This document shows positions 1 through 13,620 of a DNA stretch of 64,000 nucleotides, piece by piece; the first letter of the stretch is position 1; every line of letters begins with the position of its first letter. The position numbers were made by a program, and so were the translations under genes. The stretch spans positions 78,058,001-78,122,000 of the forward strand of contig OZ260662.1 of the NCBI GenBank assembly GCA_965285935.1. The letters are read 5' to 3'. The notes under the pieces were generated by a model. It made no database searches. It worked only from the letters and a program-made list of their open reading frames with translations, and was not told the DNA's origin. This DNA comes from Ophelia neglecta. Its lineage: Eukaryota.

Positions 1-3000
1 AGGTTCTCGTCCTTTATTTGTGTGATGTGCTCGAGAGGATTGTTTGAAGTTAGGCCTATTGCTCTCTAAGATGTGATTTTCGGGGACAGTTTCTTATTTT
101 CGCCCACGCTTGGGGATCATCCTGTTAGGCCTACATGTAGCTGAAAGGGATTTCATCACCTTTAATGTCATGCGCGATGCATGCACCGAATTAGCTGTTT
201 AGGAAACGATTATGTTTTGAAGTGCACACATGTTTGTGATTAATTGAAAAATCGCAAACATGAAGATCTTGGCACAAGCTCTTAAATATTTCTCGGGACA
301 GTTTTGTTATTTTGACGCATGCAGATTTAAACTGGAATGCGACAGAAGAGGAATTGCAAGGGATTTTAAAGTCTAAGCCTTTTCCAAGTGCCAGATTTAG
401 CAATGATAGTGTAAAGATGCATTTCCTAGATTGCAGGTGGTGTTTATATCTGAATACTGACATTAGCACAGTCATTCCGGTTCTTGCGGAAATCACTTAA
501 CAAAGGAAGAGGGTGGCCCACTAAACTAAAGAGGAGACAGATAATATGTATAGTCTATTATCTGTCAAGCCAAGAAAACCTTAGCCTCAACGCATCCCGA
601 TCTTATCTCTACACTCATTCCCTGCAATATGGCTTTACCGAGAATTAGCAGGAAAAGTAGTATACAACGATTGTAGAGGGGACACTTTGCAATGCTCGAT
701 CCGCCGTCCTAGAACTTGACCCACATTTTCAACAAATCATCGTAGGGGTTACAACCGGTGTGCGGGCAGTCAAAGGTGGTGTATGACCTCGTTTAATGAA
801 ATGGGATTAGTTGTATACCTCTGGCTTAGAGCCGACCTAGATGCACCGACCCAGATAGTTGCTCCAGCTCTGGCCGTTTATTTAATATTCTTGCTTTTTT
901 CAATAATTTTTTATTTTGTTGTCACGGGATTGATTTCTTATCCCGGTTATAAGTTATGTAAATGGCATTAACAGCTGGCCTTGTGATATGTTTGCACTAT
1001 TCGCCACCTACGTGCTACCGCTGAGGCATGTAGATGTGGCCATTTGACCTAAATAATATTTAGTACAAACTATTGATTGCGGCCCTGAGTCCAAAGATTA
1101 TGCAGTGCAGCTTGTCGTTTCATCTCGCGATTGCGTTTATAATCCCCGTTCATTTTGTTTACTAGTTTTTTTTTACGGTGAAGACAGAGTAAAAAGACGA
1201 TACATATGTTTTATTTTGTTCCTGGTGTACACACTCGAAAAGGGATAAATTAATTCCTTTTATTATCCCAAATGACATTGAAGAGTGAAGACGGCGGTAA
1301 TCATTAGAACTGAAATTAACTTGCTCCCAATGGCTGTAATATGAACATGCAGGCATAGACTCATTAATGAATCAGTGGTGTTAAAAAGTTAGATATTTTT
1401 TTGTTTTTATTAGATGGTAACCATTGCCAAATTTAATGAGTACGTGGATGCAGTTATAATAGCCGAGTTCGAAACTAATGCTTGTGGAAGCGTCAGACGC
1501 GGAAATGGCGCGGGGGGGGGGAGGGAGGGGCCGGGAGGGGTCGTAGGAGTCGTAGGAGGGGTCGTAGGAGTCGGACTTTAGGTACTCGAAACTCGAGACT
1601 TGATGATTACTTCCACACGGTAGGAGTTTTTCCTACCCTCTCAATAAAAATATGTTTAAACCAACCATGATCAGGGAGACGGCGCATAGAATTAACGTGA
1701 CCTCTGCTACTGAGGAAAAGAATACATCGTCTGTTTGCAAACTTGGCCCCATCACGTGATCGAAGAATGCCAGCGTTCCATGTCTACGCCTTCTCAGAAA
1801 TGTAGAAGTGAGATCTCCAACGACAACTGAATTTAAACAACTTTTTCTCTTGAAGAGAAAGAAAAAAGCGTTGTTTAAATAAGCGCTATATTTAGGTTTG
1901 AGCCAAATGGAGTCTATATCTGCTTTAGAAAAGTGTGTTAATGGGCTGCGGACCAAAGTGATGCCATTGACTTAAAATAAGTGAAAGTAATAGGACCGAA
2001 TTGTTCAATGTAAATATTGCATCGAATCCCTGTAATTGTCAAGACTTTCTCGTTTTATAACCCTGCACGCGATGCCAAAGAAGTGGTTATTAATGGAGGT
2101 GACGACCTTCCTGGAGAAGAATCTCAGCTTCTCATCTCCTATTCGAACTAAATAAATTATGATTTTACGACTCAGTTCATGCAGATTGGAGTGCTTTTTG
2201 CAAAGGGAATAATTAGCCGTGTACCTTAGCGATTTATCTTGGTGTCCCCGGCCACAATGAATAGTGCTTGTACAGGGAATGGGCAACAGATCTACTATCT
2301 TTCCTCAGCATGTATGGAATGGACTTCTGCCAGACATGCAATGCTCCTATTTGCTGACACTATCAGGCAGGATGAAGCCTCATGTCCGTGGATGTATCCC
2401 ATGTCACATTACAGGTACGTTCAGATGTCGGCTTAGATAATAAAATCAACCCGAAGCCCTCGGTATATATGTATAATATAGTGCTCAATTATACAATATC
2501 TTAATTGTAATCACAAAAAACATTAAAAGTGGTACAGCTGCAGGCAGTCCTACTGGCAAATGAAATGGCTACACCGGAAGTGGATGGAATACATCCAACT
2601 GTGTAGCAGTAGGGGCCCAGGATTGACGGGATACATTTAATATTCACATCTGTCACTAAGTCGCCCGACGATGCGCCCAGAAAGTCATACTGAAGAACAG
2701 CCTACTGGAGCTGTGATGTCATATTATATGGATTGTCCTGTCAAGTAATCCTCGACAAAACCGACCCAATCCTCCAAATGAAGACCCAGAGACCAGAATT
2801 TGTGCGCTCTTCAATCGACAGGAGACTACAACTTTTTGCCATTACCGAAACATATGCATACGCTGGCATAAAAGCAATTCGAATATTTGCTCAACTTAAT
2901 GGTCCCAGCGATAAATGATGTTTGCAGTGCGGTGTTCGGGGTTTGAGCTGCTCTTCTTCCCACTGCCCCGTGAAATGTGAAATTGCCAGGTATCATCCCA

Positions 3001-5329
3001 TCCCAGGCATCCCGGCAGTCTGCGGGGTTTGACATCATTGAAGCAGTTGCACTAAGTAGAACCGTCAGATGACGAAATGTATTCCTGAAAGTGTCCATAA
3101 ACGTAACGACTGTGCACAGTATAACAACGTTAAACCAACGTTACATCGTTATTTATGAGCACAACCTTCAACTCGATCTTATTTATGAACTACAGTTATT
3201 TTCGGCGTGGAAGTGAATCTTGCGCAAACACTCTGTTGCCGACGTCGGCAGATGTAAACAGTGCAGAATTGTCTTGAAATGGAGAGCACTGCATTCTTGT
3301 TTGTAAGCTTATACAGATTACGGACGTTAACCTAAAGTAACCAGCAGTTAATGCATTAACATGCACGGGTTTTTCAGTCACGTGACATGATACTGCACAG
3401 TTTTTTTTTCTGTGCCGTTTATTGTACCTATTGCGCAGTTAAGTGTCCAAAAATATGTCCACTGGGCGAATGAAGATGCCTGATTTAGTCGTCTCTAATA
3501 ATGTTAACCCCTACACAAACCAAGTCACTTGAACGTTCTATGTACAGGACTGTGGGAACTCAGGTAGGACTAATGGTAACAATTGTTTTACATAATTTAA
3601 ACACATGTATGAAATAACGGAGTTGATGATATAGATTATATCCCTATGAGAGGCGACTGGGTGTGAATTATTAGGGGTTTAATGAGCTCCCATCGCTCGT
3701 TAATATCAGCCCCAGGAATCCGTCAGTGTATTAGACCTTTTAAGAGATGATACAGACGATTAGAAGTGGCTGACGACTCTAATAAATGGACCGACTTTAT
3801 GTTGTTGACTGCCACAGGAAACAGATTGTCTCGCCACTAAGAGATAATGCGGGTGGCTTTTTCTTTACGACTTATCAGTCATATCATCGCTATTCCTTGC
3901 TGCTTCAAGCGAGTGGCCATTTTCACAAATTATGCATAAATCAAGCTGGTTCCTTCGGCAAACCGTCAAATAGGGGATTAATTTCCGAGGAACACAGACG
4001 CGGAGAGAAGCAAATTTAATAACCAAGACAAAACACTCGATTTCAATTACAACGTCGCCCCAAGCCAGCTTTTTTTCATTGCATTTGCCCTTGCGTTTTG
4101 TCATCATTGGGTCTGACGGGAGCAGATCTTGTACATTGTCCTCGTACCAAAGACATTCATTTTCAAAGCTGTCCCACAGGAGCCTCGGGGAGATGGCAAG
4201 GATATGAGGCAGGGTATATCAAATATCCACTTCATTTTATTATCGAAATAGTTTGCAGGCACTCAATTATTCTGAATTATCCATGTAAGGTAATAAACCC
4301 AAATTAAAAAAATCGTCTACTACAAACAAGCAATATAAGTTTGACTTGATTTGGGGGCAACTCGATCGGAATTAGTACGTGCCTATAGAGAAGCGTTTTA
4401 TTTACTGAAAGTTAATACGAATGACATATACTTATGACATAGCCGAGCTGATAAAAGGGTTGGTTTTGAAAATATAAACAAAATCCACCAACATCATGGC
4501 AATTTTTAATTACTTAATAGAGTTTGCAAATATTCCGAGTATGCTAAGCAAATAATATCTGTTTAATATTTTCCTCGATGAATTATTATTGTATGATAAG
4601 GATACCTACATTGATGGGTTATAGCTCACGGAGGCATGGTTCTGTCAAACACTGGGATGCATTGCTAGCGTAAATGGTTGGTACTCAGTTCCCGGTAATC
4701 AAAGTCTATAATATACTCGGAATTATATGACAGATTTTAAGCCATATTAAAAGGTTTTTTAATCTTCATGCCAAATTCATAATTAGATTCATAAATCCGT
4801 CAGTCTCAGTGCAATGATAGCAATAATATCAAGTCAAAAGTAATATGACACCTGTTTTTATAGCTCTATTCTATTGAAAAAGATATTTAATTAAGACACG
4901 TCGGCTATGCTTCCTCGGGTATTTCACATAAGGCCAATAAATATAAAAATAAATTGCAGCATGACAAATATTAATTCCTTTTAAAATTAAACCAAAACCT
5001 CACAATATCTATGAAGGACCTATATCTTCAGGGTTAAGCATTTCTCCGAGATGTTTTGTATTTTTAAAGCGCAGACTGAGACTATCCGGTTTTCAGCTGG
5101 ATTTGTTTCCGGTTGCACGATAGTAGTTCTGGACTGGGGAACTGAGGACAAAAAAGGTAAAAGTTGCATATGACGCTGGTGGCGCTTGAAGCAGCACGAG
5201 CACCGGCTTGCTTTACCAGATTAAAACAGAATGATAGTGATTAGGTGAAAAGAAGTTATGATAATTCGTAGGCCTATAAATTGCTTCCAGTACAAATATT
5301 CTAGATGTCTATAACTCTCATAATGTAAA

Positions 5330-6560
5330 TACTTTAATTGCTACCGGGGATCCAAGGCTTTGCCTCCATCATATCATTGAATCTGGAGGAAACAATTGTA
5401 TCCTCTTTGGTAACTTTAACTTTGATATTCTACCTGAGATAACTTTGATTTACTGTTTATTAACCACTTTCTTCCTCTGAATATTTACATCGTGATGTTC
5501 CTCAGGGGTACATACTAGGCCCCTTTTAGTTTTTGTTATATACATGACACTCAGGCATCTTCTTAAAGGGCATCGCATATTTTGTTTATTGATAACACGA
5601 GCCTATTATTTGAGAGTAGTGACAGAATGAACAGGCTATGAAAATTGAGGTTTATCAGAAAGGTATTCGGCGAATAAATTATCATTAAATATGAAAGAGA
5701 CAAAGCACATTCTATTTCTTTACTCGCAAATTAGACTGAAATTTGACCGAGCCAATATTTAAATAAAACTGGGTAATACTGAGCGTGAGACATTTGATCA
5801 AGTTCCTGTGTACATTCTTGGACCAGAACCTCAAATGGCAGAGTAACACGCAAGAGAATGTTTTAGAAAATAGTCTACTCAGGAATGAATACCATTAAAA
5901 AAAGTATACAAACACTTTTTAAAACTTTTGTATGGTACTTTTGTTTAACCTAATTTTATTTCGGGATACATGACTGTATAGAATGATTTAAATAATAAAT
6001 TTTGCTCTTCTGGACTAGAGGAAATATACAAAAGAAACATGTTCTTCTTATTGATAGAGCACCGTTGGTTGAACACCCAGGCCCATGCATATTAAAAAAA
6101 ATACCACATTATGAGATTACAATTTCATCGCCTGCGTAACAGTGTAAAGCTGTGCCATAACCTAGAAATGAGAGGGTCTCCGGAGTTTTCACTAAAAACC
6201 GTCGACATTACCACTTCCTTCGTCATGCTAATGTAAATTCCCTCTACTAAGCTTCGCACCCGTTTTTTCAAGAATTGCATTGGTTATAAACTGAACGTTA
6301 TTATTATCTCCATCTCAGGCAGTTAGATATTTCTATAAAAGTGAATTAGGACTACAAACCTGGCCCTATCGCAATATAAGTATGATTGTCAAATAAATTA
6401 TTGATATAGTAGATATACACTGACACCATGCAGAGTGTCTGTTAATGACAAGTAATGCGAATATGTTGGCATTTTTGTAAGTTTATGTTGCATTACCACT
6501 TTACTCACAAGGACGGTCAACCATACTGCTATAACACAAAGTTGTTTCATTCATTCATTC
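5330..6560 (+). mobile_element. Decayed, internally deleted LINE (CR1/L2-group) ORF2 fragment with 3' tail
   Basis: Frameshifted translations give the APE-like motif CILFGNFNFDIL (GDFN-like), then RT motifs VPQG.ILGP..FLLY, ANKLSLNMKETKHILF and KFLCTFLDQNLKW. Short (TTCA)n tail at about 6546-6560. Confidence 0.8.
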
Positions 6561-8712
6561 CACGATGCTTATTGTAAGACATTATGTCCCTAATTAATTG
6601 TTGCAGCCGGAACTAGTGCACTTGTGAGAATTGGGTACTTATACCAATTAGTCATCCATACTATTCGGGATCCGTCGATATTTTTGTTAGGCCCATAATG
6701 CCAAAATTATTCAATAATTGCACCAAGAGCGCATCCTTTTGGCATCCTTTTACTTAATTCCCAGGATGCCGAGAAGCTTGGTCAACATCTCACGCCGAGA
6801 ATGGTAAATGAATTGAATTAGGAACATATTTATATCTCCAAAGCCCTATAGGCGGTATTGGTTCGATTACCGAACTATTTTATAACGGCGCGGAGGTTTA
6901 CAAATTGGACAGCTGGTGACGCGAGCGAGTAATTTCAATGATTTGTACGTCAAGCCTGGTGACCGACGATGTCAAACGATCACCCCTGGACCTCGCCCCT
7001 GTCATATCAGACGAACAGCCTGTCAACAACCAGTCAATGGCCTACGTGCTCCTTAACCACACTTATTGAAATGTGCTTTCATCAGTTTTTAGAGAAATAC
7101 CAGGATAATTTCGTTTATTTCATTACACCTCGCGACAAACAACCAAAGCGCCAATCAGAATCTCCCCCATCTCTCCATATATCTGAAAACTCGCTGACTT
7201 TGACGTAAGATGTGTACTAACTTCCATAACCCGGAGAAATCAGATTGCCGGGAACTAAATAATTGAATAAGTCTGACAGGCCAATGTAAAATAAGACAAT
7301 TTGGTGAAAAAGAACCCCGGTAGATTTAACAGAAGAACCATGTGCGCAGCTATTGACACCACGTCGAGCCGCCTGCCGCTGACCTACTTGTTTTGTCGTC
7401 AACCATCAATTACGCCACCTTTCATTAACGCACACTGTGGCTTACCCTGTCAAAGACGGCTGCCTCGTTAGATTTGAGAACCTTTAATACGCATGCAACG
7501 ATGCTTCCCCTCCTGTTGACCAGTAAGAGATACAGATATGTTCCCGTTCTCGTCGTGAAGGACTAGATGAAGGCGTGTTAAGGCGAGATAATGACAACTA
7601 TCACTCCTATGTCAGACTCCAATAGGACTATACACGAGAACCCGCCATTGAGACGGACTAGAGATGGAACTGTTAAAGCGGGATAAGTGTAATTGAAACT
7701 GCTGACTCATGTTATCTCAACACATGGTCAAGACAGGACCGTCGGGGTTATATGTGACGAGCAGGAAAGTAGTTTAGCTTTTCTGGTAGGCTACTGAGAC
7801 TGATAAAATGTTGCCTTTGGATCGGCATCCATCTTATATTTAAACATTTTTATGTATGCAGTGTTTCCCTACTATGATAATCGCTTAGTTTGAGGGCAAG
7901 ATTACAAGAAAACTTCACGCTTGGTAGTCAATAAAGCATTGCAATTACAAATTAAAGTTTAAGGTTACGATAAGGGATGGAAGGGTATTGTATTGAGGTG
8001 AATTTGTGGAAACAATGAAGATTCTCCCTCCGCCGGGAAGATGCCCCCCCCCCCCTCCCCCTTCCCCTGCACCCGGCGCAGGCCACGTTATGTGATGGTC
8101 AGGGACATCGATCGAACCTAGATATATACTTATCGATTAAGTTTACTTTTTCCTTGTCCGAGTCTGGGTTTGTATGGTAGAAAATACTGGCTGTGGAGTG
8201 GGGCAAATGGTGAATAACGAGAAAAGAGAAAAGTTCAATGCGGTGTGGCTGGTATAAAGTACAATGGTAGAAGTGATGGTTGGCCGTTTCGGAACTCAAG
8301 TTACAGGAGCATATATCTTGTCCGAGTCCCAGCAAATGTTCACCTCCTAGCCACAGCGTGTCAATCACACGCCTAACTACTAGGCCGACAAATGAGCTCC
8401 TTTGTCGAAGGGATGTAGAAACGAAGAGCCGATGCGGCAGTCGGACAATATACAACTATCAAACCTACGCCCGACTGTACAAATATCATCCCTCCCCCAT
8501 CCATCCCTCCCCCATTGGGCAACTAAAGGCTTCCATGATGCTGCCCGCTACTCGCCCGGACAGAGATGACCCAGATAGTTTGCTAGCCCCTAGCCGCAGC
8601 TCGTCACCATTGTCTTTTTCTTGAGTTATTAGATTTGACCGGAAATTATTAATAACAAAGAACTTTGACAATAAAAGGATTTTAACATGAAATTTGGGAG
8701 GCTACCTCCTTA

Positions 8713-9810
8713 CAGCGTGATAAGAACAGCTGTCAATCTCACGCCTAACAGCTAGGCCTATGTCATGTGTTCCTTTAGAAAGAGGGGCTGGTAGCGTGAT
8801 AAGAACAGCTGTCAATCACGCGCCTAACAACTAGGCCATGTCATGTGTTCCATCACAATGAGGGGCTGAAAGCGTGATAAGAACAGCTGTAAATCACGCG
8901 CCTAACAGCTAGGCCTTCGTCATGTGTTCCTTCACAAAGAGGAGTTGAAAGCGTGATAAACAGCTGTCAATCACGCGCCTAACAGCTAGGCCTATGTCAC
9001 GTGTTCCTTCACAAAGAGGGGCTGGAATGCTTGATGAGAACAGCTGTTAATCACGCGCCTAACAGCTGACCTATGTCATGTGTTCCATCACAATGAGGGG
9101 CTGGAATGCGTGATGAGAACAGCTGTCAATCACGCGCCTAACAGCTAGGCCTATGTCACGTGTTCCTTCACAAAGAGGGGCTGGAATGCTTGATGAGAAC
9201 AGCTGTCAATCACGCGCCTAACAGCTGACCTATGTCATGTGTTCCATCACAATAAGGGGCTGGAATGCCTGATGAGAACAGCTGTCAATCACGCGCCTAA
9301 CAGCTAGGCCTATGTCACGTGTTCCTTCACAAAGAGGGGCTGGAATGCTTGATGAGAACAGCTGTCAATCACGCGCCTAACAGCTGACCTATATATGTCA
9401 TGTGTTCCTTCACAATTAGGGGCTGGAATGCGTGATGAGAACAGCTGTCAATCACGCGCCTAAAAGATATAGGACTATGTCATGTGTTCCTTCACAATGA
9501 AGGGCTGGAAGCGTGATGAGAACAGCTGTCAATCACGCGCCTTACAGCTAGGCCTATGCCATGTGTTCCTTCACAAAGACGGGCTGGAAGCATGATGAGA
9601 ACAGATGTCAATCACGCGCCTTACAGCTAGGCCTATGTTATGTGTTCCTTCACAAAGACGGGCTGGAAGCATGATGAGAACAGCTGTCAATCTCACGCGC
9701 CTAACAGCTAGGCCCATGTCATGTGTTCCTTCAAACTGAGGGGCTGGAATGCGTGATATGAATACCTGTCAGTCTCACCCCGGACTACTAGACCTATGCA
9801 TGAGTTCCTT
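8713..9810. repeat. Minisatellite, 79-80 bp unit, about 14 copies
   Basis: Consensus GCTGGAATGCGTGATGAGAACAGCTGTCAATCACGCGCCTAACAGCTAGGCCTATGTCATGTGTTCCTTCACAAAGAGGG repeated head to tail. A degenerate solo monomer lies at about 8350-8410. Confidence 0.97.
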
Positions 9811-12800
9811 AAATGTTTCCAGATTAATTTCTCCCTGAGCTCCCTCGGTAGTAATGCCCTAATATGATGCCCCAAAAAATTATTTAACTGCCCTTATTGT
9901 ATTCTCATTCTAGTATTATTTATTGCCTTATGGCTAAATTTCTCATGAATATTATTTTGCCGAACAAAGGTCCCGTATACCAAAGTGCCACCTAATTGCC
10001 CTACACAAATGAGATATACAAGGTTTTCCTCAGACAGTACTTTTTTGTTGTTGTAATTTGAAGCATTCATACATTCCCCTGTGTTTTCTTAGATGTCTGA
10101 AGCCCGTCTGATGAATCACCCTTGATGGCAGACATCGAGAAATATAATAGAGAATGCAACAAACAATGAAAAGGCTGATGGAATATTTTATCTTTATGGC
10201 TGAACATTTGTCAGGTTTTGTTCTCCAGCATGCGGGTAAATATTTTACAATTCGGCCCGCCGGAAATTTGGCTCGTGTGAGGATGCGTGGCATGTCAGAA
10301 ATAAAGTGGATAAAGCATATTGTGAGGATCGAATGAGTCACAATTGTATATGTGTATTAACACGGTGTTCATGCTGAAGGGTTCCGTGCCTCATCAGTAA
10401 TGAATGTGCTTCCTTGCTGCTTTGCGTGATATTAGGCTTTCACAGGCCTGTGTTGAACTCAAGGTCATGTCAATCGTCTGTCTAATTGCTTTGCATGTCA
10501 CCCCTCACCGACTAGAAACCCCTTGGTAAAATCTTGTTGCGTTGAAATTTCCCATGTCGTGCTAAAAGGACAAGCGACAACTTTTACTTTTTATCTGGCT
10601 TTACAAGCCCCCAATGAGCTAACCTTGGCTGAGTTATAATGGCGGGCCCCACCCCGTCAAGGAGCTTGGCTCCCGCTCAAAGAAAACAGGCAGTTTCCTG
10701 AGCACACGGCAAGATTTTGACAGTATGGGGAAGTCCAATTGTTGAAGAATTATTGTATGTGAATCAAGTACCATGATGATAAATTTAAAGAACCTTGATC
10801 AACAACTCATCCGAGAACTCCAGCCCACGTTAAGGCCAAGGCAGACATCAAGGTATCAACATTTCTTTGGGCGAGAGTCGAGTTCGGGCAGCAACTGCGA
10901 CGTAACATCATCATAAACATTGTCTTATCTTTATGCCTAGTGCGCCAACCTATTATTAGGAGGAGCGGCTACTTTTTCTTGAATTTCTGCTGATTTAGTT
11001 TTTGCTCACCGAGGGGTATCACAAGTAGAGAGGAATAATGTTTCAATTATATGGTATCGATGAGCCGTGTAAACAGTTGGCTCCCACCAATCATTTTGAT
11101 TTCAATGTCCACTGGGAATTGGTCTAGATTCCAAGCGATAACTTATCTATTCTTTTTTACTCGTTTCTACATTGGAAAAACACGATTGTATCTCTCTTTG
11201 TCATAATTTTGTTATCTGACATGCAGTGCTGGGCGCCGACGCTTCCTGCCAAGGTTTGAAATGTTTGCCAAATAGTAAGGCACGATCCCGTGTTCTTGAC
11301 TGGAAGGTTGGTGTGATGACTGTCAATATTGTGGTGCCAATCACCGCACACATACGGTACTTTTTTCTTCATTAACTTCCTGTTGAAACAATCCCACGTC
11401 CTGCCGCAGCATGGCAACCTTGACTCGCCTCGAAACGCACTAGGCCACCTTGAATAGGACTCCAACAAAAGGAAACCTTTACAACAATTGCACTTCGGTC
11501 GTTTTCAACGTGAACCCCATTTTTCGAGCCCATTAGCCATTTTCAATTCCAGGTTGAGGCATTTACTCACTCGAGCAAATATCACTCCTCCTTGGTAAAT
11601 AAATCGATTGGCGAAAGAATAAGTTGTCCCTGGGCTTGTGCGTTGTGATAGTTATTATAATTAAGAAGTAACTCATCAAAGGTAGTTTGTATTCGAATAC
11701 AGTTATACTGAATTTCAAGTGTTTATCACGAATCCTTCGACCAATTATGTTGTAAATATTACACATTTCATGATACTTATAAACGCCGTTGTACATCTTG
11801 ACAATTAAAACTTTATCAAAATGTAGTTATAATTTGGAATGATGATGGCATAATCTCGTCAGTAAAATCCTAGTTTCCTTAGCCCACACTTTTTCTATCT
11901 TTTTTATATCGAAGGACGTGTTAACTAAACACCTGAATAAAAACACGTTTGGCATTTCTCGCGTTTTTCTCTTCATGAGATTCCAGATTAATTTTCTCTG
12001 TCCTATCGAGTACTGTGGTGTTAACACTAGAGTTACAATGAACGCGCTTTTACAACCACATCAAACGAGTGCAAATTTCGACTTCCGCCAAAACACCGAG
12101 AAACCCCGATTTTGGTTTATCAAAAACAAAACTAATCTTAGAAAAACAATAGTTTCCAATCTCAAATACATTGAAGCGGTTGGTGAGGAGTTTACTATGG
12201 GGACACAACTGCCATCCTTCCCATGAGTTCCAACTCTCGTTATTATTCTGTCAGGCCCAAGGTTTTTCATATTCAATGTTATTCCCTTTGATCCTTTTCC
12301 CCCTTATTGGGCATCACTGTTGCTATACATTTATTCCTGCCTGGAAAATTTACATTCGATATTCATCGTTTACTGCACATTCTCCTGCAGAAAACAGTTT
12401 ATTTACCAGCGTGTTTTACTGCCTGGTTGTACCATCCCCTCCCCGAGTTAATCCACTTCATTCTCTCCTCCTTTGTTAGTTAGTCCATGGCTCTCCCTCC
12501 AGGTTTTTCATTTGCAGGGCTATCTAACGACAAACGGATGATATCGCTAGTCCGTGCGCTCCGGTCGGTCTGACCCCCACTTCAACCCACAAGATAGGTC
12601 ATCCTAATCAGAAAATGTCATTTATTGAGCGAAGCAATTAGTCACTAAGATTTCTCCTCCAGCTTGTCCTGGAACAAATCCTATAGGCGCAATCATCGCC
12701 CCCATGTTTTTTCTGGTTTCTCGGGAATTGACTCCAGCGGAAGATGATAAAAGCAAGCAGGTCGTGTATGGTTTTTTTTTGCATGTGCTCTTCTTTATAC

Positions 12801-12899
12801 GCTGGTAGGAACCTATCGGCAAATGGTCTCTAAATCACGTGCCGGATTAGATTGGTGGGCTCTTTTTAGGTTTTTAATTCATCATACATCACAACCGCT

Positions 12900-13620
12900 C
12901 AGTATGTTTGGCTGTGTTGTCTACAGAGTCGGTTGGGGATGTCCATTCTTCGACTGTACCCGGCGAGCAAGATTGGTGGTTTTGCAGGGCAAATGACTGG
13001 AAGGGCAGAACACTAGCCTCTCTCTCTTACCAATGCTTGTGACCATTCCAGCCGGCGATTCTATGATGTTCTGAGCTACAACTCGGCGTACCATCTTCTA
13101 AAGAAAACAAAACTGCCTAATGCACTGCTGAAAAGCCTGATGGGGTGAATAGTAGAATCCTAAAGAGAGGATACATCACGGAAATTGTAGAGGGCAGTTA
13201 ATTCAAAATGAATTCAGGTTTTTATCCTCTGTCGGGCTCATTTGATCTGTTGTTTTCTTCCCGATTTTGTGTTTTACGCATGTCCTAATCTTGGTGCTGA
13301 CCGTGCCAGCCTTTCTGGAGACAAGGAGGGAGACTTTGACATGTTTCCTCGACTCGTACTCGCCCAAACCAATGGTATACGGCGATATTACATCGTCAAC
13401 ACAGTCATTTTATTACATTTTTATCTGAAATTTATGCGATGTACGGAATTTAGATTACAGGGTAAACACAGGGAATATAACTCTAAATTGCAGGCTGTCA
13501 CTTTCCCGCAACAACTTTCCATTCGTTCAGACGAATTTTCTTATAGCACAGCTGTGCATTTTCCCCATCCTGAAGTGGCTTCGGAGTCGACTTACTCATT
13601 AGCCAGACTACAAAACGGGA
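12900..13620 (+). mobile_element. Highly decayed LINE apurinic-endonuclease (APE) domain relic
   Basis: Degenerate motifs in the expected order across frameshifts: TES(W)L-like (12920), ILRLYPASKIGGFA (cf. ..R.DR..K.GGGV), AYH (cf. YHPP), GDFD (cf. GDFN), LQAVTFP (cf. L.Q.V.FPTR). Confidence 0.4.

Noticed and set aside
2733-3098. Short ORFs with a FAITET motif resembling LINE APE
   Set aside because: A single short motif, without the downstream motifs in convincing order.
6850-8640. Promoter or first exon of the receptor (CCAAT, CRE-like and E-box motifs, higher CpG)
   Set aside because: The motifs are short and common, and nothing in the sequence links them to the acceptor at 25964.
8713-9810. 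Hammerhead-ribozyme (retrozyme) satellite
   Set aside because: CTGATGA occurs in only one copy (about 9269; others have GTGATGA, TTGATGA or other variants) and there is no downstream GAAA or stem II/III arrangement.
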